Shown: piece after piece, positions 16,731 to 24,000 of the stretch
How the letters are laid out: each line of letters starts with the position of its first letter
How positions within the stretch are numbered: position 1 is the first letter of the stretch
Assembly: GCF_059719535.1 (NCBI RefSeq)
Contig: NZ_AP045773.1
Direction: 5' to 3' (one strand)
Length of the DNA: 24,000 bases
Translations under genes and position numbers: made by a program
Notes under the pieces: generated by a model
What the model was told of the DNA's origin: nothing
What the model saw: only the letters and a program-made list of their open reading frames with translations
Database searches by the model: none

Positions 16731-18710
16731 TCAGTGAGATTTGACTGATTTTACCCCCAGCCAGTCAATAATCCCCTGTGCCGCATGACGTCCTTCTGCC
16801 ATTGCGGTAACCACCAGATCCGCACCACGCACGGCGTCACCACCAGCGAAGATTTTCGGATTGGTGGTCTGGTAACGGTACTGGCTTTCCACATCCGCGA
16901 TGATGCGACCCCATTTGTCTACCGTTACACCGTGCGACTCCAGCCACGGCATCCCGTGCGGATTGAAGCCAAACGCCATAATCACCGCGTCGGCTGGCAT
17001 GACAAATTCACTGCCTTCCACCGGCACTGGACGCCGACGCCCCTGGGCATCCGGCTCGCCAAGACGCGTGCGCAGGAAACGAATTCCGCAAACGTGACCT
17101 TGCTCATTCAGCTCAAGCGCCACCGGCTGGACGTTAAATTCAAAGTTGGCCCCCTCTTCGCGGGCGTTCTTCACCTCTTTCTTCGAGCCTGGCATGTTAG
17201 CTTCATCACGACGATAAGCGCAGGTGACGTTACTCGCGCCGTGGCGCAGCGCGGTACGCACACAGTCCATCGCGGTGTCGCCGCCGCCCAGTACCACGAC
17301 GTTGAGTCCGGCGGTATTGATAAACGGCTCTTCCGGTAGCTCTTCGAGTCCCATCACCTGTTTAGTGTTGGCGATGAGGAACGGCAGGGCGTCATAAACG
17401 CCCGGCGCATCTTCATTGGGTAAACCCGCTTTCATGGAACGGTAAGTGCCTACGCCAACGAAGACCGCGTCGTATTGTTCCAAAAGCGAATCCAAAGAGA
17501 CATCTTTACCCACTTCACAATTGAGTTCGAAGTGAATCCCCATCGCGCTGAAGATTTCCCGACGGCGTGCCAGCAGGGATTTATCCAGTTTGAAAGAAGG
17601 AATGCCGAAAGTGAGCAAGCCACCGATTTCTGGATGGCGATCGTACACCGTCACCTCTACGCCATTGCGGGTCAGAACATCCGCACAGGCCAGCCCTGCC
17701 GGACCCGCACCGATAATCGCCACTCGCTTGTCCACTTTGGTGACATGACTTAAGTCAGGACGCCAACCTTTCGCCAACGCCTGATCTGAAATGTAGCGTT
17801 CAATGTTGCCGATAGTTACTGCGCCGTGCTCATCGCGAATAGTACAGGCACCTTCACACAAACGGTCTTGCGGGCAAACGCGTCCGGTAATTTCCGGCAG
17901 GGTGTTGGTCTGGTGAGAAAGCTCGACGGCGGCGTCGATGTTTCCTGCTTTCACCAGTTCAATCCACTGCGGTATATGGTTATGCAGCGGGCAGGTCCAT
18001 TCACAAACGCTGTGCTCGCCACACTTAAGGCAACGCGAGGCTTCCCGTTGTGCCTGATCGGCACGGAATGGCAGATAAATTTCATCAAAACCGGTTTTGC
18101 GCGCTTCAATCGCCAGTTTGTCCGGCTCGCCACGCGCGGGCGTTGCCTGCATTTGCTCGACTTTACTCATTACCGGCATTTCTTGTGCCGCGGTACTGGC
18201 ATGCCACGGTTGATGTTCCTGACGTGCGGTGCGTAAGCGGCGGGATTTCGCCATGCCGGAGAGTGCGGCGTCAGTGACCAGTTGCAGCGCGTCCACCGGG
18301 CAATTTTCGACACAGGCAGGACCGTTTTCGCGCCCTGCACAAAGGTCGCATTTATGCGCCGTGGCTTTAACTTTGCCAGCCGCAACGGGTGTCAGGACGA
18401 TTTGCATCGTACCAAATGGACAGGCCACCACGCAGGATTTACAGCCAATACACTTTTGCTGATTGACCTGAATGCTGTCATCAACGTGGCTGATTGCGCC
18501 ATTAGGGCAGCTACGGGCGCAGGGCGCATCTTCACAATGGTGACAGGTCACTGCACTACGTTGCTGCTGATGTTTGATAACCGTAATTCGGGGATGAAAA
18601 TGGCGTTGGCTCAGGACATGTTGCTCGTCATTGTGAGCCATGACACAGGCGATTTCACAAGCATGACAACCCAGACATTGCTGACTGTTGGCCATAATAA
18701 AACGATTCAT
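16731..18710 (-). CDS. aegA: AegA, putative oxidoreductase with 4Fe-4S and GltD-like domains
   Basis: 659 aa. N-terminal CLGCHACEIACVMAH and CIGCKSCVVACPFG ferredoxin motifs; C-terminal AIIGAGPAGLACADVLTRNGVEVTVYDRHPEIGGLLTFGIP GltD-like domain. Immediately divergent from narQ. Confidence 0.95.
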   Translation of the reverse strand: MNRFIMANSQQCLGCHACEIACVMAHNDEQHVLSQRHFHPRITVIKHQQQRSAVTCHHCEDAPCARSCPNGAISHVDDSIQVNQQKCIGCKSCVVACPFGTMQIVLTPVAAGKVKATAHKCDLCAGRENGPACVENCPVDALQLVTDAALSGMAKSRRLRTARQEHQPWHASTAAQEMPVMSKVEQMQATPARGEPDKLAIEARKTGFDEIYLPFRADQAQREASRCLKCGEHSVCEWTCPLHNHIPQWIELVKAGNIDAAVELSHQTNTLPEITGRVCPQDRLCEGACTIRDEHGAVTIGNIERYISDQALAKGWRPDLSHVTKVDKRVAIIGAGPAGLACADVLTRNGVEVTVYDRHPEIGGLLTFGIPSFKLDKSLLARRREIFSAMGIHFELNCEVGKDVSLDSLLEQYDAVFVGVGTYRSMKAGLPNEDAPGVYDALPFLIANTKQVMGLEELPEEPFINTAGLNVVVLGGGDTAMDCVRTALRHGASNVTCAYRRDEANMPGSKKEVKNAREEGANFEFNVQPVALELNEQGHVCGIRFLRTRLGEPDAQGRRRPVPVEGSEFVMPADAVIMAFGFNPHGMPWLESHGVTVDKWGRIIADVESQYRYQTTNPKIFAGGDAVRGADLVVTAMAEGRHAAQGIIDWLGVKSVKSH

Positions 18711-18915
18711 AACGACCTTCTTTTTTGGTTGTAAAAACCTTATTCTTTATATGAGTGTTGTTATTACCCGACTTACAGGGGAATCGGCAATGTTCATGTG
18801 CCCAGAATAAGTAACTATTTCGCTATAAACTGTGGCAGATCAAATAATCCCATCACTGACTAAATTGCGTTTCAGCGAACTGGAACATTAATGATTTTTT
18901 GTGGAGAAGACGCGT

Positions 18916-20616
18916 GTGATTGTTAAACGACCCGTCTCGGCCAGTCTGGCCCGGGCCTTTTTTTACATTGTGCTGCTGTCGATTCTTTCCACGGGTATCG
19001 CTCTGCTAACTCTGGCGAGCAGTTTGCGCGACGCTGAGGCTATCAATATTGCCGGATCGCTGCGTATGCAGAGTTACCGCCTGGGCTACGATTTGCAAAG
19101 TGGCAGTCCACAACTCAATGCACATCGCCAGTTATTTCAGCAGGCACTGCATTCACCGGTATTAACCAATCTCAACGTCTGGTATGTGCCAGAGGCAGTA
19201 AAAACCCGCTATGCGCATCTGAATGCCAACTGGCTGGAGATGAATAATCGGCTCAGCAAGGGCGACTTGCCGTGGTATCAGGCCAATATTAATAATTATG
19301 TTAATCAGATAGACCTGTTCGTGCTGGCTTTACAGCACTACGCTGAACGCAAAATGCTGCTGGTGGTGGCGATTTCCCTGGCTGGCGGCATCGGTATTTT
19401 CACGCTGGTCTTTTTTACTTTGCGCCGCATACGCCATCAGGTGGTTGCCCCGCTGAATCAGCTGGTTACCGCCAGTCAGCGTATTGAACACGGGCAGTTC
19501 GACTCGCCGCCGCTGGATACCAGCCTGCCGAATGAGCTTGGCCTGCTTGCAAAAACCTTTAACCAGATGTCGAGCGAGCTGCATAAATTGTACCGTTCGC
19601 TGGAGGCGTCAGTAGAAGAAAAGACCCGCGATCTCCACGAGGCCAAGCGTCGTCTGGAGGTGTTGTATCAGTGTTCGCAGGCGCTAAACACCAGCCAGAT
19701 TGATGTGCATTGTTTCCGCCATATTTTGCAGATTGTTCGCGACAATGAAGCGGCTGAATATCTGGAGTTAAATGTCGGTGACAACTGGCGGATTAGCGAA
19801 GGGCAGCCAAACCCGGAATTGCCGATGCAGATTTTACCGGTGACAATGCAAGAGACGGTTTACGGCGAACTGCACTGGCAAAATAGTCACGTTTCATCAT
19901 CAGAACCGCTGCTTAACAGCGTTTCGTCGATGCTGGGACGCGGTTTGTACTTTAATCAGGCGCAGAAGCATTTTCAGCAGTTATTGTTGATGGAAGAACG
20001 TGCGACCATCGCCCGCGAATTGCACGACTCGCTGGCTCAGGTACTTTCTTACTTACGTATCCAGTTGACGTTACTGAAGCGTTCGATACCGGAAGATAAT
20101 GCCACCGCACAAAGTATCATGGCCGATTTTTCCCAGGCGTTGAATGATGCTTATCGGCAGTTACGCGAGCTGTTAACTACTTTCCGCCTGACGCTGCAGC
20201 AGGCGGATCTCCCCTCCGCGTTGAGGGAAATGCTGGATACGTTACAAAATCAAACCAGCGCCAAACTGACCCTCGACTGCCGTCTGCCAACCCTGGCGCT
20301 GGATGCGCAAATGCAGGTGCATTTGTTGCAAATTATTCGCGAAGCGGTGCTGAATGCGATGAAGCACGCCAACGCCAGCGAAATCGCCGTTAGCTGCGTC
20401 ACCGCGCCGGATGGCAATCACACAGTCTATATTCGCGACAACGGGATTGGCATCGGTGAACCGAAAGAACCCGAAGGCCATTATGGTCTGAATATCATGC
20501 GCGAACGCGCGGAAAGATTGGGTGGGACGCTGACTTTTTCGCAACCTTCCGGCGGCGGCACGTTAGTGAGTATTAGCTTTCGCTCTGCGGAGGGTGAGGA
20601 AAGTCAGCTGATGTAA
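18916..20616 (+). CDS. narQ: Nitrate/nitrite sensor histidine kinase NarQ
   Basis: 566 aa from GTG 18916 (VIVKRPVSASLARAFFYIVLLSILSTG...). Contains the P-box-like RMQSYRLGYDLQ, a HAMP-type region and ERATIARELHDSLAQVLSYL H-box. Confidence 0.96.
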   Translation: MIVKRPVSASLARAFFYIVLLSILSTGIALLTLASSLRDAEAINIAGSLRMQSYRLGYDLQSGSPQLNAHRQLFQQALHSPVLTNLNVWYVPEAVKTRYAHLNANWLEMNNRLSKGDLPWYQANINNYVNQIDLFVLALQHYAERKMLLVVAISLAGGIGIFTLVFFTLRRIRHQVVAPLNQLVTASQRIEHGQFDSPPLDTSLPNELGLLAKTFNQMSSELHKLYRSLEASVEEKTRDLHEAKRRLEVLYQCSQALNTSQIDVHCFRHILQIVRDNEAAEYLELNVGDNWRISEGQPNPELPMQILPVTMQETVYGELHWQNSHVSSSEPLLNSVSSMLGRGLYFNQAQKHFQQLLLMEERATIARELHDSLAQVLSYLRIQLTLLKRSIPEDNATAQSIMADFSQALNDAYRQLRELLTTFRLTLQQADLPSALREMLDTLQNQTSAKLTLDCRLPTLALDAQMQVHLLQIIREAVLNAMKHANASEIAVSCVTAPDGNHTVYIRDNGIGIGEPKEPEGHYGLNIMRERAERLGGTLTFSQPSGGGTLVSISFRSAEGEESQLM

Positions 20617-20691
20617 TGCCTCTTATTGACCAAAGAATAGTGGCACTTAAGGTTCAGTATAAAAGGGCATGATAATTTACATTAACTCCTT

Positions 20692-20709
20692 TTTTTCTCC
20701 ACGATTGGC
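20692..20709 (+). promoter_or_regulatory. BaeR-box-like site upstream of acrD
   Basis: TTTTTCTCCACGATTGGC, matching the known BaeR consensus TTTTTCTCCATDATTGGC except at one position, 70 bp upstream of the acrD start. Confidence 0.75.
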
Positions 20710-20779
20710 TCGTACCTTGCCGCTACAGTGAAGCAAGTCAAGCCTACAACGATACGCAGAAACACGAGGTCCTCTTTTA

Positions 20780-23700
20780 ATGGCGAATTTCTTTATTGAT
20801 CGCCCCATTTTTGCCTGGGTGCTGGCAATCCTGTTGTGTCTGACAGGTACCCTGGCGATTTTTTCATTGCCCGTTGAACAATACCCCGATCTCGCGCCAC
20901 CGAATGTGCGAGTGACCGCTAACTATCCCGGCGCATCGGCCCAGACGCTGGAAAACACCGTGACCCAGGTTATCGAGCAAAATATGACCGGCCTCGATAA
21001 TCTCATGTATATGTCGTCTCAGAGCAGTGGCACCGGCCAGGCATCTGTCACTTTAAGTTTTAAAGCAGGCACCGATCCGGACGAAGCCGTGCAGCAAGTA
21101 CAAAACCAGCTGCAATCAGCCATGCGAAAGTTACCGCAGGCGGTGCAAAATCAGGGCGTGACGGTGCGTAAAACCGGCGATACCAATATTCTGACCATTG
21201 CCTTCGTCTCTACCGATGGTTCGATGGATAAACAGGATATTGCCGATTACGTTGCCAGTAATATTCAGGATCCGTTAAGCCGCGTGAATGGCGTCGGGGA
21301 TATCGATGCCTATGGTTCGCAATATTCCATGCGTATCTGGCTGGACCCGGCGAAACTCAACAGTTTCCAGATGACGGCTAAAGATGTCACTGATGCCATT
21401 GAGTCACAGAACGCGCAGATTGCGGTTGGGCAACTTGGTGGTACGCCTTCCGTCGATAAGCAGGCGCTCAACGCCACCATTAACGCCCAGTCACTGCTAC
21501 AAACACCAGAACAGTTCCGCGATATCACCTTGCGGGTGAATCAGGACGGCTCAGAGGTAAGGCTGGGCGATGTCGCCACCATCGAAATGGGGGCGGAAAA
21601 ATACGATTATCTTAGCCGCTTCAATGGTATGCCAGCCTCCGGGCTGGGGGTAAAACTGGCCTCCGGCGCGAACGAAATGGCGACAGCGGAGCTGGTGCTC
21701 AATCGTCTCGACGAGCTGGCGCAGTATTTCCCGCACGGACTGGAATACAAGGTGGCGTATGAAACCACCTCGTTTGTTAAAGCCTCCATTGAAGACGTGG
21801 TGAAAACGCTGCTGGAAGCTATCGCTCTGGTTTTCCTCGTTATGTATCTGTTCCTGCAAAACTTCCGCGCCACGCTGATACCCACTATCGCCGTGCCGGT
21901 GGTGTTGATGGGAACCTTCTCCGTACTTTATGCCTTCGGTTACAGCGTCAACACCTTAACCATGTTCGCGATGGTGCTGGCGATCGGTCTGCTGGTGGAT
22001 GACGCCATCGTGGTGGTGGAAAACGTCGAACGTATTATGAGTGAGGAAGGACTCACTCCTCGCGAAGCCACACGTAAATCGATGGGGCAGATCCAGGGGG
22101 CACTGGTCGGGATTGCGATGGTGCTTTCGGCGGTATTTGTACCAATGGCCTTCTTCGGCGGCACCACCGGTGCCATCTATCGCCAGTTCTCTATTACCAT
22201 TGTTGCAGCGATGGTGCTGTCAGTACTGGTAGCGATGATCCTCACTCCGGCTCTGTGTGCCACGCTACTTAAGCCACTGAAAAAAGGTGAGCATCACGGG
22301 CAAAAAGGCTTTTTTGCCTGGTTTAACCAGATGTTTAACCGCAACGCCGAACGCTACGAAAAAGGGGTGGCGAAAATTCTCCACCGTAGCCTGCGCTGGA
22401 TTGTGATTTATGTCCTGCTGCTTGGCGGCATGGTGTTCCTGTTCCTGCGTTTGCCGACGTCGTTCTTGCCACTGGAAGACCGTGGCATGTTTACTACCTC
22501 GGTACAGTTGCCCAGCGGTTCAACCCAACAACAGACCCTGAAAGTCGTTGAGCAAATCGAGAAATACTACTTCACCCATGAAAAAGACAACATCATGTCG
22601 GTGTTTGCCACTGTTGGTTCTGGCCCTGGGGGTAACGGGCAAAACGTGGCGAGAATGTTTATCCGCCTGAAAGACTGGAGCGAACGCGACAGTAAGACCG
22701 GCACCTCGTTTGCCATTATCGAGCGTGCAACGAAGGCGTTTAACAAGATTAAAGAAGCTCGCGTTATCGCCAGCAGCCCGCCAGCAATTAGCGGTCTTGG
22801 TAGTTCTGCGGGTTTTGATATGGAGTTGCAGGACCACGCTGGAGCGGGTCACGATGCGCTGATGGCAGCACGTAACCAGTTGCTGGCGCTGGCGGCGGAA
22901 AACCCGGAGCTAACCCGTGTGCGCCATAACGGCCTCGACGACAGTCCGCAGTTGCAGATTGATATCGACCAGCGTAAAGCTCAGGCGCTGGGCGTTGCTA
23001 TCGACGATATTAACGACACACTGCAAACCGCCTGGGGTTCGAGCTATGTGAATGACTTTATGGATCGCGGTCGCGTGAAGAAAGTCTATGTGCAGGCAGC
23101 TGCGCCGTATCGCATGCTGCCAGATGACATCAATCTCTGGTATGTCCGAAATAAAGATGGCGGCATGGTGCCCTTCTCTGCTTTCGCGACCTCACGCTGG
23201 GAGACAGGCTCGCCGCGTCTGGAACGCTATAACGGTTATTCTGCGGTAGAGATTGTAGGGGAAGCCGCACCGGGGGTCAGTACCGGTACGGCGATGGATA
23301 TTATGGAATCGTTAGTGAAGCAGTTGCCAAACGGCTTTGGTCTGGAGTGGACGGCGATGTCGTATCAGGAGCGGCTTTCCGGCGCGCAGGCTCCGGCGCT
23401 GTACGCCATTTCCTTGCTGGTGGTATTCCTGTGTCTTGCGGCGTTGTATGAAAGCTGGTCGGTGCCGTTCTCGGTAATGCTGGTCGTGCCGCTGGGGGTT
23501 ATCGGCGCGCTGCTGGCAACCTGGATGCGCGGGCTGGAAAACGACGTTTACTTCCAGGTGGGCCTGTTAACGGTCATTGGTTTATCGGCGAAAAACGCCA
23601 TCCTGATCGTCGAGTTTGCTAACGAGATGAACCAAAAAGGCCACGACCTGTTTGAAGCGACGCTCCACGCCTGCCGTCAGCGTTTACGCCCGATTCTGAT

Positions 23701-23893
23701 GACTTCGCTGGCATTTATCTTCGGCGTATTGCCAATGGCAACCAGCACGGGTGCCGGTTCCGGTGGTCAGCATGCGGTGGGTACTGGCGTAATGGGCGGG
23801 ATGATTTCGGCCACTATTCTGGCTATTTACTTCGTGCCGCTGTTCTTTGTGCTGGTGCGCCGCCGCTTCCCGCTGAAGCCGCGCCCGGAATAA
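20780..23893 (+). CDS. acrD: AcrD, RND-family aminoglycoside/multidrug efflux pump
   Basis: 1037 aa [87 protein letters not shown]... Complete, with stop at 23891-23893. Confidence 0.97.
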   Translation: MANFFIDRPIFAWVLAILLCLTGTLAIFSLPVEQYPDLAPPNVRVTANYPGASAQTLENTVTQVIEQNMTGLDNLMYMSSQSSGTGQASVTLSFKAGTDPDEAVQQVQNQLQSAMRKLPQAVQNQGVTVRKTGDTNILTIAFVSTDGSMDKQDIADYVASNIQDPLSRVNGVGDIDAYGSQYSMRIWLDPAKLNSFQMTAKDVTDAIESQNAQIAVGQLGGTPSVDKQALNATINAQSLLQTPEQFRDITLRVNQDGSEVRLGDVATIEMGAEKYDYLSRFNGMPASGLGVKLASGANEMATAELVLNRLDELAQYFPHGLEYKVAYETTSFVKASIEDVVKTLLEAIALVFLVMYLFLQNFRATLIPTIAVPVVLMGTFSVLYAFGYSVNTLTMFAMVLAIGLLVDDAIVVVENVERIMSEEGLTPREATRKSMGQIQGALVGIAMVLSAVFVPMAFFGGTTGAIYRQFSITIVAAMVLSVLVAMILTPALCATLLKPLKKGEHHGQKGFFAWFNQMFNRNAERYEKGVAKILHRSLRWIVIYVLLLGGMVFLFLRLPTSFLPLEDRGMFTTSVQLPSGSTQQQTLKVVEQIEKYYFTHEKDNIMSVFATVGSGPGGNGQNVARMFIRLKDWSERDSKTGTSFAIIERATKAFNKIKEARVIASSPPAISGLGSSAGFDMELQDHAGAGHDALMAARNQLLALAAENPELTRVRHNGLDDSPQLQIDIDQRKAQALGVAIDDINDTLQTAWGSSYVNDFMDRGRVKKVYVQAAAPYRMLPDDINLWYVRNKDGGMVPFSAFATSRWETGSPRLERYNGYSAVEIVGEAAPGVSTGTAMDIMESLVKQLPNGFGLEWTAMSYQERLSGAQAPALYAISLLVVFLCLAALYESWSVPFSVMLVVPLGVIGALLATWMRGLENDVYFQVGLLTVIGLSAKNAILIVEFANEMNQKGHDLFEATLHACRQRLRPILMTSLAFIFGVLPMATSTGAGSGGQHAVGTGVMGGMISATILAIYFVPLFFVLVRRRFPLKPRPE

Positions 23894-23899
23894 GCAATA

Positions 23900-23931
23900 A
23901 AAAAGGCGACATGCTAATGTGTCGCCTTTTT
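23900..23931 (+). terminator. Rho-independent terminator of acrD
   Basis: AAAAAGGCGACA-tgctaa-TGTGTCGCCTTTTT just downstream of the acrD stop, GC stem with a T-tract. Confidence 0.88.
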
Positions 23932-24000
23932 CAACTTTCCGATTAAGAACCTGCTCAGCGGGTTCTTGCTGTTTGTACTTTGTCTCAGGAATTACTTACG

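Noticed and set aside
16785-17339. 184 aa + strand ORF (and 17475-17753, 17826-18236, 18282-18734)
   Set aside because: All are antisense to aegA and show no recognisable motif; codon-bias shadow ORFs.
21551-21885. Minus-strand ORFs inside acrD, and those at 22520-22852 and 20242-20544 (narQ)
   Set aside because: Entirely within well-supported genes on the opposite strand, with no family resemblance.
1-24000. CRISPR array, tRNA/rRNA genes or retron-like reverse transcriptase
   Set aside because: No regularly spaced direct repeats, cloverleaf tail sequences or RT motifs were seen by eye. Not exhaustively tested with tRNAscan/CRISPR tools.

Overview
The window looks like E. coli-type chromosome, with a mosaic accessory island on the left (about 1-14.8 kb) joined to conserved backbone on the right (about 14.9-24 kb: ypfG, nudK, aegA, narQ, acrD). 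The island carries: an acetoacetate/short-chain acid catabolism cluster (GntP-type permease start, thiolase, CoA-transferase B and A subunits, divergent LysR regulator); an orphan PapB-like fimbrial regulator; about 1.5 kb of mostly degraded DNA with a short repeated element; a YebF-like secreted protein gene divergent from a Tia/Hek-like outer-membrane adhesin/invasin gene; an intact IS10-Right (1329 bp, 9-bp target duplication GGCTCAGCG) splitting that adhesin gene; an AT-rich three-gene cassette (small unknown protein, Cys4 zinc ribbon, EcsC-family membrane protein); an internally deleted ISAs1/H-repeat transposase; a TPR-like protein; and a P4-type tyrosine integrase next to ypfG. The best candidates for something under-described are the EcsC/zinc-ribbon cassette and the island-borne YebF/Cmi-like protein paired with the Tia/Hek-like gene. 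All identities come from recalled motifs and family resemblance, since no database search was possible.
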